64,000 bases of DNA from an uncultured Chitinophagaceae bacterium (GTDB lineage Bacteria > Bacteroidota > Bacteroidia > Cytophagales > Cytophagaceae): assembly GCA_964454665.1 (NCBI GenBank), contig CAYVTO010000004.1, positions 144,229 to 208,228 on the forward strand, in the 5' to 3' direction. A program made the translations under genes and the position numbers. This document shows positions 8,835 to 17,874 of this stretch, piece by piece. Under the pieces are notes generated by a model. The model saw nothing but the letters and a program-made list of their open reading frames with translations. It made no database searches and had not been told where the DNA came from. Numbering within the stretch: the stretch's first letter is position 1; each line of letters starts with the position of its first letter.

Positions 8835-9932
8835 TTATTTAATTTTTCTTTTATTTAAAGCCTTCCAGAGTTTATCTGCATTTGTCCTGTGCTCTTCAAA
8901 ATTTTCCGCAAAGGAGTGACACCCTGAAAAGTCATCTTTTGCACAGAAATACAAATAATTGTGGTCATTATAATGCAAGACAGCATGCAATGCATCCTGA
9001 GAAGGGATACAAATGGGGCCAGGAGGAAGCCCTTTATAGCGATAGGTATTGTACTTAGAATCCATCTCCAAATGTTTTCCCCTTACCCTGTTAGAAGTAA
9101 AATCGCCCGCAGCATACAAAGCCGTAGGATCCGCTTGAAGTTTCATTTTTTTATTCAAACGGTTAATGTAAACTCCTGCAATCATAGGCATTTCACTCGT
9201 GTTTTTGGTTTCCGCATAGACAATAGAAGCTAACACCATCGCCTCTTGAGGTGCCAGGCCAGCACTTCCAGCTTGATTAGTGCGTTCTGTATTCCAATAA
9301 AACAACTGTGCATCATAAATGTTTTCCAGTAATTGTCGCTCTGAAATATGCTTCGGAAAACGGTATACTCCCGGAATAAATATTGTCCAGGCATTTTCCC
9401 GGTTTAAACCACCCAAACTGTCTAAAAACTGCTCATCCGACATCAAAGCGTTTAACTTCGAAGAAGATAAATCCGTTTGCTTAGCAAGTCCGATTAAAAT
9501 ATTTTTTCGTTGCCGGTAACGCTCTATTTCCAATTTCAAATGATCGATAACTCCTATCCTTGCAATATCAGACGCCAAACCATAGGCTGTAACACCTTTG
9601 TTGATCTCAAATAAACCTGGTCGCAAGGAATTAATTTCACGATGTTCTAAAACCCACTTTAATGGAAATGCAGATCGAATATAACCCTGTGCTTTTAATG
9701 TATCGGCAAAAGCTTCGGGTGAAAGGGTATAAGGATTATAGTAATAAAGTTTTGAGGATTTAAAAGAAGTGATAGCTCCCAAAAACCAATAGGTCAAAGA
9801 AAGAATGGTAATGAGAGCAAGAATACCTGCCATGTATAATCCCCGCTTCAGCGTTAACTTACTTTTTCGAGCACTGGTTTTACGCCTCACAGGAGTTTTT
9901 GATTTGCCTGGTAATCTTTTCGACTTTGCCAT
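8835..9932 (-). CDS. mltG: endolytic murein transglycosylase (YceG-like)
   Basis: Basic N-terminus followed by a single TM helix. YceG-family blocks are present (ASIVYAETK, YINRLNKKMKLQADPT, YNTYRYKGLPPGPICIPS, YLYFCAKDDFSGCHSFAENFEEH). Confidence 0.9.
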   Translation of the reverse strand: MAKSKRLPGKSKTPVRRKTSARKSKLTLKRGLYMAGILALITILSLTYWFLGAITSFKSSKLYYYNPYTLSPEAFADTLKAQGYIRSAFPLKWVLEHREINSLRPGLFEINKGVTAYGLASDIARIGVIDHLKLEIERYRQRKNILIGLAKQTDLSSSKLNALMSDEQFLDSLGGLNRENAWTIFIPGVYRFPKHISERQLLENIYDAQLFYWNTERTNQAGSAGLAPQEAMVLASIVYAETKNTSEMPMIAGVYINRLNKKMKLQADPTALYAAGDFTSNRVRGKHLEMDSKYNTYRYKGLPPGPICIPSQDALHAVLHYNDHNYLYFCAKDDFSGCHSFAENFEEHRTNADKLWKALNKRKIK

Positions 9933-9935
9933 CCC

Positions 9936-12038
9936 TTACTCCTTTCCTAAAATGACAAATTCCACTCTTCGATTTAGCCGCCGGGTCTCCTCTTTTGAAT
10001 TGTCAGCGATGGGATTCAATCCTCCATGTCCTTTGACCACCATACGTGTTTTTTCAATGCCTTGTGCCATGAGGTATTGGTATACCGCATCGGCACGCAT
10101 TAAAGAAAGTTCCATGTTCAACGCTGGATCTCCTACATTATCGGTATGGCCTTCTATACTGATGAGCATGTCTTTGTTAACCATCAACAATGCCACTAAT
10201 TGTTTAAGCGCAGGAATAGAACTTGGTAACAACACGGCTTTTGATTGTTGAAACTGAAGTTGTCGAATAGGAAATGATTTCCCTCTCACCAAAGGATCAA
10301 GGTATACATTCAACGCCTGTCGAGTCGAAGCTTGCGTTCGATAAGAAAAAGAAAGGGTATCCGCTTGTCCGTAATACTCTTTTTTCTCCGCTGAAATATA
10401 ATAGGTACCTGTATCCGGCAGTATGATTTGATAATCTCCTGTTTTAGGATCAGAATGTACCTCTCCTTTTATTTGGTCATTGCTTAAGGATTGATAAAAC
10501 AATTTGGCATATAAAGGCAAAGCCGTTGACTTATCCATGACCTTCCCCGACAAGACACACACTGGATCTGGAAGAAGTGAGGCCGGTAATGGAATACGAA
10601 AAAGATCTGTTCCTCCTATAGACCCTTTATTCGACACCAGATAAGCCCAATGGTCGTTGGAAGCAATAGAAAAAAAAGCATCGAAACCTTCTGTATTGAC
10701 GGATGCTCCAAGGTTTATGGGAGTAGACCAACGCGTCCAGGAATCATCTAAACGCTTCGACATAAAGATATCTTGATTGCCATAACCAGGATAACCCACG
10801 GAAGAAAAATATAAGGTCTTATGATCTGAAGCTAAAAAAGGAGACGCTTCGTTAAAAGGGGTATTGATACTGCTCCCTAGATTCAAGGGTTCCGACCAAA
10901 CTCCTTTTTCCATTTTAAACGAAACATACAAATCGTTGTACCCCAATGTACCTGGACGCAAAGCAGATAATACCATGGTACTTTTATCAACAGACAAACT
11001 GGCATCAAGCCATTTACCATAGTGATTAATATTTTGAATCATCACATCTTGGGGTAAAGTCCATTGCTCATCTTCCCATTCACTTTGTGAAAAACAACAG
11101 CCTTTATACGATCCATCGGCAAAGTAAGTATTTAAGAGAAGTACTGAACGGTTATCAGCAGCACATGAAAGCACAGAATTATGTACTTTATTATTCACCG
11201 GAGATCCTAAACTTTGTGCTTTGCCCCATTTGCCTTCTTTCGTTTTTTTCGATACCCAAACATCCGCATCTCGAGAATGGATGTCACTGCGTGTAAAAAA
11301 CAAAAGACTTCCATCAGGAGAAATAAGAGGAGAACTTTCATTTTTATCGGTATTGATCTCTGCTCCCAATCGTTCTTTTTGCACAACAGGATCTGAAGAT
11401 ATCGTTAATGCTTGTGCTTGTTTGATCTCGAACTCCGAAGCCTGCATCGTAGAACGTTTAGTAATATAAAATCCATGGGCGGAATGTGCATAGCCAGGAA
11501 ACTCTGCTTTAAACACAAATGTGTCATTAATAAAATAGTGGTAAAAATCACCCCGACGTTCCACTTTCAGGCGATTCCATTTTCCCTTTTTAATGGCTTC
11601 ACTAAAAGGATCACCCGATGATTCTTCAGAGAGGTTAAAAAATTGTCCATACCGGCATACCACCACAGAATAAGTTCCCTCAGATGAGATACTAAACGCA
11701 TCGAAATTATTGATGTCTGCATAATTCCAGACCAAACCACAAAAACCTTTTTCCGATGCTATAATTTGAATATTCGCTTCAATCGAAAAATCAAGGGCTG
11801 GATTGATGTAATTATCAATCACAAAAACACTTTCTCCTTGTGCTAAGATACGCTCAATCGTATAAAGAGATTTAGACCACTTGACTTTTCCATAACCAAA
11901 ATCCCCTTCTGGCCAGTAATGATTGTTTGTTTGAAAATTATCTTCGACTACAAATCTCTCCTGCGCCTTGACAGACGTGCCCGTATAGAACACCCCGACT
12001 ATAAAAATAAGCCGCAGTAAATAGTGATACCTCATCAT
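9936..12038 (-). CDS. OmpA-family protein with TolB-like (PD40) repeats
   Basis: Start taken at MMRYHYLLRLIFIVGVFYTGTSVKAQ (signal peptide). PD40-type repeats are present (SPLISPDGSLLFFTRSD, EASPFLASDHKTLYFSS). The C-terminal OmpA domain reads IEGHTDNVGDPALNMELSLMRADAV...NRRVEFVILG. Confidence 0.85.
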   Translation of the reverse strand: MMRYHYLLRLIFIVGVFYTGTSVKAQERFVVEDNFQTNNHYWPEGDFGYGKVKWSKSLYTIERILAQGESVFVIDNYINPALDFSIEANIQIIASEKGFCGLVWNYADINNFDAFSISSEGTYSVVVCRYGQFFNLSEESSGDPFSEAIKKGKWNRLKVERRGDFYHYFINDTFVFKAEFPGYAHSAHGFYITKRSTMQASEFEIKQAQALTISSDPVVQKERLGAEINTDKNESSPLISPDGSLLFFTRSDIHSRDADVWVSKKTKEGKWGKAQSLGSPVNNKVHNSVLSCAADNRSVLLLNTYFADGSYKGCCFSQSEWEDEQWTLPQDVMIQNINHYGKWLDASLSVDKSTMVLSALRPGTLGYNDLYVSFKMEKGVWSEPLNLGSSINTPFNEASPFLASDHKTLYFSSVGYPGYGNQDIFMSKRLDDSWTRWSTPINLGASVNTEGFDAFFSIASNDHWAYLVSNKGSIGGTDLFRIPLPASLLPDPVCVLSGKVMDKSTALPLYAKLFYQSLSNDQIKGEVHSDPKTGDYQIILPDTGTYYISAEKKEYYGQADTLSFSYRTQASTRQALNVYLDPLVRGKSFPIRQLQFQQSKAVLLPSSIPALKQLVALLMVNKDMLISIEGHTDNVGDPALNMELSLMRADAVYQYLMAQGIEKTRMVVKGHGGLNPIADNSKEETRRLNRRVEFVILGKE

Positions 12039-12048
12039 GATATGGATT

Positions 12049-13131
12049 CTAGAATGGATGTTCCACTCCAAGCTTAGCCGCTAAAGCCCTTAAATCTTCT
12101 CTCACTTTCGCCTGAACAGGAATCCCCTGTTGTAAACGTTCTTGTTCCATGATACGTTCCGGATCCCCCGGAATTAATACCTTCTCTCCTTCTACACTTC
12201 GAGAGTTGCGAAACGTAGTAATCCACTTATCCATGTGTGATTTAAATTCATCGGCAGGACGAAATGCATCTACACGCATGGCTCCAAAGAAATGTCCAAT
12301 CCCTTTACCCACGGGATCTTCTGGTAAAGGAAGAAATGCGACAAAAGGAGGAACCCAAGGACCATAGTTTGCTCCCGACAATACCGCCGAGAAGATATCA
12401 ACGACAGACCCTAGACAATATCCCTTATGACTACCGTGGTCACGATCTCCACCCAAAGGCAATAAAGCTCCCCCATCTTTTAATTCGTGAGGATTGGTTG
12501 ATATCCCTCCTTTTGCATCTTGAATCCAGCCTTCAGGAGCTTCTTTATTGATGCGTTGTAATATTTCAAGTTTACCATTCGCTGCTGTTGTCGTGGCAAA
12601 ATCAGCCACAAAAGGAGGTTGCTTATCCGCAGGAATAGCCACTGCAATGGGATTCGTTCCCAATAAACGGTCCAATGAAAACGTCGGAGAAACCAAAGGA
12701 CTGGCATTGGTCATCGAAATCCCGATCATGTCTTTATCCAAGGCCATCATGGCATGATAACCTGCGATACCGTAGTGATTAGAATTACGAACAGCAACCC
12801 AACCCGTACCCGCTACTTCTGCTTTTTTGATGGCAATATCCATGGCCCAAGGCGCTACGACCAACCCTAAACCACCATCTCCATCAACCACCGCTGTAGA
12901 AGGTGTTTCATGTACAACACAAATATCAGGTTTGGTATTGATACGCTTATTTTCCCATAAACGAACATAACCCGATAAACGAGCGACACCATGAGAATCA
13001 ACTCCTCTGATGTCGGCAGAAAGCAATACGTTGGTGGCGATCTGAGCATCGCGCTCAGAACATCCCATTTTTAAAAATATATGTTGGCAAAATGCGTTAA
13101 GGGCTTCGTAGCTTGTTAAAGGTTCGTTCAT
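12049..13131 (-). CDS. Ldh_2 family (malate/L-lactate/sulfolactate-type) dehydrogenase
   Basis: N-terminal ...LLSADIRGVDSHGVARLSGYV and ...NSNHYGIAGYHA blocks are characteristic of the type-2 malate/lactate dehydrogenase family. Confidence 0.85.
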   Translation of the reverse strand: MNEPLTSYEALNAFCQHIFLKMGCSERDAQIATNVLLSADIRGVDSHGVARLSGYVRLWENKRINTKPDICVVHETPSTAVVDGDGGLGLVVAPWAMDIAIKKAEVAGTGWVAVRNSNHYGIAGYHAMMALDKDMIGISMTNASPLVSPTFSLDRLLGTNPIAVAIPADKQPPFVADFATTTAANGKLEILQRINKEAPEGWIQDAKGGISTNPHELKDGGALLPLGGDRDHGSHKGYCLGSVVDIFSAVLSGANYGPWVPPFVAFLPLPEDPVGKGIGHFFGAMRVDAFRPADEFKSHMDKWITTFRNSRSVEGEKVLIPGDPERIMEQERLQQGIPVQAKVREDLRALAAKLGVEHPF

Positions 13132-13292
13132 GCCTACAAATTAGCTATTATCGGGTAAAATTTTCAATACTATGTTCGAGTAAAATGATAATTGACTGAA
13201 TTTTACTAAGTTTAACTCCATCTATTCATCTTTAACAACTAAAATCAGCCCTAAAAAGCCAGTTTTACAATACACCGCTAAAAAACTAACTT

Positions 13293-14915
13293 ATGATGAA
13301 AGCAAGTTATCTCCTCTTGGGTCTATTCCTTTTTTCAGGACTTGCCAAAGCTCAAATAGCAAAAATTGATGCCAAAGCAGAAATTAAAAATGTAACAGTT
13401 TATCTCGACAAAGCGCAAGTGTCGAATCGCATAAGCTGTACTATCAATAGTGGCGTAACGGAAATTGTGGTTAAAAATTTACCCGCCCACCTTTTCCCTA
13501 AAAGTATACAGGTAACGGGAAAAGGGGAATATATTTTATTAGGAGTACAACACACCCTCAATTACCTCAATCCCAACAGCAATTCCTCACACCTTACCGT
13601 GTTAGAAGATTCGGTAGAAGCATTAAGAGATCAAATCAACTTACTCAATCAATTAAAAGAAGTATTGGTAGAAGAAGAAAAAATGATCCTCTCCAACCAA
13701 TCGCTCAAAGGTAACGATGCTTCCTTGAAAGCCTTAGACGTAGAAGACATGGCTGATTTTTACAGGGAACGACTCACTGAAATTCGCAAAACTAAATTAA
13801 CCGATTCCCGCAAAATCAATAAACTTCAACTGGAGTTAAATAAATACCAGGCACAACTCAATACAGCACGTTCAGAACAAAACAAACCTTCTTCTGATGT
13901 CATCATCAAAGTATCTTCTAAAATTGCCCAAACAGCGCAGTTGAATTTAGAATACATTACTGGCAATGCCAGTTGGTATCCTGTATATGACTTGCGTGTA
14001 AAAGAACAAGGTAAAGACATTCAGTTGGTATACAAAGCACAAGTCGTTCAACAAACGGGACTGAACTGGGATAATGTAAAATTAAAACTCAGCACCACCA
14101 ACCCCTCTATAGACGGGACAAAACCTACCTTGAATAAATGGGAATTGGGATTTTATGAACCGGTAACGTATCGATACGACAAGGCTAAAAAAGTAGAAAG
14201 GGCTGCTCCAGCCTATGTAACAGCCGAATCCGAGGATCTGCTTAGTAGTGTGGCAGGAGCAGAAGAATCCAGCTCTTCTGCTGATTATACTACTGTGGTA
14301 CAAACTTCCCTTTTTGCAGAATTTGATCTTGCGATTCCTTACACCGTGGCCTCCAATCCTCAAGGACAACTCGTCGATGTACAAAACTATAACTTACCCG
14401 TAAGCTTCCGTCACGGTGCGGTACCGAAATTGAGTAACTCTTGTTACTTGATGGCTGACATTATAGGATGGGAAACCCTCGCTTTACTACCTGGCAATGC
14501 ACAATTGTATTACCAAAACAATTTTGTAGGAGAATCTTTTTTAGATCCGGTCAACTTCAAAGATACCTTAAGTTTATCGCTCGGTGCCGATCCTAAAGTT
14601 TTGATTGAACGTGAGCAAATCAAAGATTTCACCACCAACAAACTGATTGGAAGCAATCGAAAACAAGAATATGCCTACCGCATTAAAATTAGAAACACCA
14701 AGAAAGAAGCCATTACCCTAAAAGTAGAAGAACAAATTCCGGTAACGACGAACAACCAAATCGAAGTCGTATTGATCGATGCTGGAGGTGCTGCTCATGA
14801 GCTGGAAACAGGCAAGTTAACCTGGAACCTCAACGTAGGACCAAGTGATACAAAAGAATTGGTGTTTAAGTTTTCTGTTAAATATCCAAAGGGAAAAATA
14901 ATATCAAACCTGTAG
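13293..14915 (+). CDS. DUF4139/MuiA-like secreted protein
   Basis: Signal peptide ...GLAKAQ, a central coiled-coil stretch, and overall resemblance to the DUF4140-DUF4139 (mucoidy-inhibitor-A-like) family. The family assignment is from memory only. Confidence 0.65.
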   Translation: MMKASYLLLGLFLFSGLAKAQIAKIDAKAEIKNVTVYLDKAQVSNRISCTINSGVTEIVVKNLPAHLFPKSIQVTGKGEYILLGVQHTLNYLNPNSNSSHLTVLEDSVEALRDQINLLNQLKEVLVEEEKMILSNQSLKGNDASLKALDVEDMADFYRERLTEIRKTKLTDSRKINKLQLELNKYQAQLNTARSEQNKPSSDVIIKVSSKIAQTAQLNLEYITGNASWYPVYDLRVKEQGKDIQLVYKAQVVQQTGLNWDNVKLKLSTTNPSIDGTKPTLNKWELGFYEPVTYRYDKAKKVERAAPAYVTAESEDLLSSVAGAEESSSSADYTTVVQTSLFAEFDLAIPYTVASNPQGQLVDVQNYNLPVSFRHGAVPKLSNSCYLMADIIGWETLALLPGNAQLYYQNNFVGESFLDPVNFKDTLSLSLGADPKVLIEREQIKDFTTNKLIGSNRKQEYAYRIKIRNTKKEAITLKVEEQIPVTTNNQIEVVLIDAGGAAHELETGKLTWNLNVGPSDTKELVFKFSVKYPKGKIISNL

Positions 14916-14916
14916 C

Positions 14917-14933
14917 GGCGAATTGCATTCACC
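14917..14933. repeat. degenerate single copy of the REP palindrome
   Basis: GGCGAAT-TGC-ATTCACC lies 2 nt after the stop codon. It has one mismatch relative to the perfect GGGCGAAT-TGC-ATTCGCCC copies at 47.4-47.8 kb. Confidence 0.5.
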
Positions 14934-14940
14934 ACTATAG

Positions 14941-15077
14941 GTATCAGTGGTCAGGTATCAGTAGTCAGTACAAAACAAAAACGTCATCGAAGTTTTAACT
15001 TCGATGACGTTTTTGTTTTGTATATTGCGCCAGCACTGACTACTGATACCTGACCACTGTCTACTGTCTACTGACCA
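14941..15077. repeat. composite element: inverted CTGNCNA-heptamer arms flanking a terminator hairpin
   Basis: The left arm has 4 heptamers (gtatcag tggtcag gtatcag tagtcag). The right arm has 6 heptamers (ctgacta ctgatac ctgacca ctgtcta ctgtcta ctgacca). Positions 14945-14969 are the perfect reverse complement of 15035-15059. Confidence 0.85.
14970..15021. terminator. bidirectional hairpin between convergent genes
   Basis: Perfect 25-nt arms acaaaacaaaaacgtcatcgaagtt / aacttcgatgacgtttttgttttgt separated by tt, with A/T-rich runs on both sides. Confidence 0.8.
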
Positions 15078-15993
15078 CTAATTTCAACAAACCATCTTTC
15101 AACGCATAAAACGACACCTCTATTTTTTCTATCCCCAATTGATCAATCAACCAATCGATCAATACTAAAGCCACCACAATCATATCGACACGTAAAGGAA
15201 TCATACCCGGAACAGCTAAACGTTGCGCTCTGTTTTTTTTGTAAAGCATCTGAGCTAAGTCATGGTAAGCATCGATGGGCAAACTAAATGCAGAAATTCC
15301 AGTTTCCAATACCTGATGTTTTTCTGCACAATACATGTCTGCTAAGGTATCGAAACTACCGGAAGAACCAACAAGCATTTTTACTCCACCCAAATCCTTG
15401 ACCGCTTGCAACAAAGGTTTTAATTGCTCAACCAAAAAGTCTTGTATATTTTCTTTCTCTTCCTCTGTAATCGGATCAGTACGGTGAAATTTATCCATCA
15501 GACGTTGTCCTCCGATTTCGAAACTCTGCTTCCACAGTACCCCTTTTTGTCCATGGCATAAAATAAACTCCACACTTCCTCCACCGATATCGACAATCAA
15601 CGCATTCTCATCCGGCAACTCCACCGCTGTACTTACGCCTAGATAAATAATCATAGCTTCTTCTTCTCCTGAAAGTACTCGTACTTCCCAATTCAATTCC
15701 CCTTTGATCCGTTTCAAAAAATCGTCTTGGTTACGTGCCGAACGCACTGCACTCGTACCTGTAAGCATCACTTGACCGGCCCCGTATCGATCACATAAGC
15801 CTTTAAAAAAATGTAAAGCCTCCATAGCTCTATCCATGGCATCTGCTGTTATGATTCCATCGTTGATCCCACCCCTTCCCAAACCCACCGCACATTTTTC
15901 ATCCAACAACACTTCATGTTTACCCTCTTTTACCTTCGCTACCAACAAATGGAAGGTATTAGTACCCATGTCTATAATTGCCACATTTTGCAT
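15061..15993 (-). CDS. Ppx/GppA family phosphatase
   Basis: The first ATG gives MQNVAIIDMGTNTFHLLVA, the ASKHA phosphate-1 motif. DIGGGSVEF is also present. The length is typical of short Ppx/GppA proteins. Confidence 0.85.
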   Translation of the reverse strand: MQNVAIIDMGTNTFHLLVAKVKEGKHEVLLDEKCAVGLGRGGINDGIITADAMDRAMEALHFFKGLCDRYGAGQVMLTGTSAVRSARNQDDFLKRIKGELNWEVRVLSGEEEAMIIYLGVSTAVELPDENALIVDIGGGSVEFILCHGQKGVLWKQSFEIGGQRLMDKFHRTDPITEEEKENIQDFLVEQLKPLLQAVKDLGGVKMLVGSSGSFDTLADMYCAEKHQVLETGISAFSLPIDAYHDLAQMLYKKNRAQRLAVPGMIPLRVDMIVVALVLIDWLIDQLGIEKIEVSFYALKDGLLKLVVSRQ

Positions 15994-16239
15994 AAACAAA
16001 TATACAACTTGTTGGCTGTTGAATTACGGATTTACAGATAAAGAGTGGCCGATTTACAATCCAAATACCATCCCGAAGTTTCGGGATGGTATTTGATGCT
16101 TCTCTCTTTAGCTTAACTTACCTTCCACGGTTTATTAAACCCATACAGTCGAAATCAAAAGCCTAATTATCTTTCTCTTTTCTAAAAAATTTCTTTTTGA
16201 GCCTGTCAATACGTACTTTTAGGTATAAATACACAACAT

Positions 16240-17316
16240 ATGTCAGACGAAAAGAGTAAAGCCTTTTTATACCAATACCTTAACAATCCCTCACCTACGG
16301 GATTTGAATCTTCAGGACAACAAATTTGGATGGATTACATTCGCCCTTATGTGGATGAATTCATTATTGATACCTACGGAACAGCTGTAGGCGTGATCAA
16401 TCCAGATGCACCCTATAAAGTAGTACTTGAAGCCCACGCCGACGAAATATCCTGGTTTGTCAATTACATTACCAAAGACGGCTACATCTACGTCCGTAAG
16501 AATGGAGGTTCCGATACTGCCATTGCGCCTTCTATGCGTGTCAATATACATACCGACAAAGGCATTGTTAAAGGCGTATTCGGATGGCCTGCCATTCACG
16601 TGCGCGACAATGAAAACGATAAACCGCCTACTTTAAAAAACTTGACCATTGATGTAGGCTGTGCTACAGCAGAAGAAGTGGAAGCATTAGGTGTGCATGT
16701 AGGAAGTGTCATTACCTTTGTGGACGAGTTAACAGAACTGAACGACAAATATTATGTTGGTCGTGCCTTAGACAACCGTATAGGAGGTTTCATGATCGCA
16801 GAAGTACTTCGTTTGCTCAAGGAAAACAATACCCAACTTCCTTTTGGCTTGTATGTTGTCAATTCCGTACAAGAAGAAATTGGCTTACGTGGCGCTGAAA
16901 TGATTGCTCACCGCATCAAACCGGATGTTGCCATCATTACCGATGTATGTCACGACACTCAATCTCCCCTCTACAGCAAAGTACAAAGCGGAGATCTCTC
17001 TTGCGGCAAAGGTCCTGTACTGACTTATGGACCAGCAGTACAAAACAACTTGCTCAAAATGGTGATCGCTACAGCACAAAGTAAAGAAATTCCTTTCCAA
17101 CGTGCTTCGGCTTCACGTTCTACTGGTACCGATACCGATTCTTTTGCCTATTCCAATGCAGGTGTTGCTTCTGCGTTGATTTCATTACCACTCAAATACA
17201 TGCATACCACTGTAGAAATGGTCGCTAAATCGGATGTAGAAAATGTAATCAAACTCATGTATGAATTTGTATTACAACTCGCTCCGGGGCATGACTTCCG
17301 CTACTTAAAACCGTAA
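16240..17316 (+). CDS. M42 family metallo-aminopeptidase
   Basis: 358 aa with the blocks PSPTGFESSG, VVLEAHADEI, GRALDNRIGG, VQEEIGLRGA and the overall M42 (FrvX/PepA-like) layout. Confidence 0.85.
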   Translation: MSDEKSKAFLYQYLNNPSPTGFESSGQQIWMDYIRPYVDEFIIDTYGTAVGVINPDAPYKVVLEAHADEISWFVNYITKDGYIYVRKNGGSDTAIAPSMRVNIHTDKGIVKGVFGWPAIHVRDNENDKPPTLKNLTIDVGCATAEEVEALGVHVGSVITFVDELTELNDKYYVGRALDNRIGGFMIAEVLRLLKENNTQLPFGLYVVNSVQEEIGLRGAEMIAHRIKPDVAIITDVCHDTQSPLYSKVQSGDLSCGKGPVLTYGPAVQNNLLKMVIATAQSKEIPFQRASASRSTGTDTDSFAYSNAGVASALISLPLKYMHTTVEMVAKSDVENVIKLMYEFVLQLAPGHDFRYLKP

Positions 17317-17319
17317 ACC

Positions 17320-17841
17320 ATGCACATTGCACTCGTTTTATTCTTTGTTGTACTTGCTCCCGTGATCTCTGGAGTATATGGAGCTATATACGACATGATC
17401 GTATTTACCTTTGCTCCTGAATTTTTCACGGAGTATCGTTTCCCTCAGTACGACATATCGGATCACATGAATCCCATCATTGGTGCTGCCATTATTGGAT
17501 TTGCCAACAGTTGGAAAGTAGGCATCCCTGTCGGGATGGTGTTGGGTGGATTATCGTACATGCACCGCAACATTCAAAAAACGTTTCGGTATATGATCTG
17601 GTCTTATGTTATTGTTATTATTTCAGCATTGACCGCATCAAGCATCGCGTTGGTATTGATGCGTAACCAACTGTCTGAAAATGTATTTATTGGAACAGAC
17701 AAAGCACTTCAGGCGACAGTAGAAATCATCATCAACATGAATAATTTTGCGTATTCAGGGGCCTTAATCGGAACAGTAATCGCCTGTGCCTGGCAATTGT
17801 ACATCATCATCAAAAAAAGTCAAAACAAGATTTCTGCATAA
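17320..17841 (+). CDS. small integral membrane protein, unknown function
   Basis: 173 aa with 4-5 hydrophobic helices. It starts 3 nt after the M42 peptidase stop. I recognise no family. Confidence 0.55.
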   Translation: MHIALVLFFVVLAPVISGVYGAIYDMIVFTFAPEFFTEYRFPQYDISDHMNPIIGAAIIGFANSWKVGIPVGMVLGGLSYMHRNIQKTFRYMIWSYVIVIISALTASSIALVLMRNQLSENVFIGTDKALQATVEIIINMNNFAYSGALIGTVIACAWQLYIIIKKSQNKISA

Positions 17842-17874
17842 CATAAGTACCATCGAACGATTCAAGCCTACGGA

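Noticed and set aside
16336-16350. cattcgccctta within the M42 peptidase gene matches 12 nt of the REP palindrome half-site.
   Set aside because: No complementary half is present, so it is not a palindrome. It encodes IRPY in a conserved region, so the match is coincidental.
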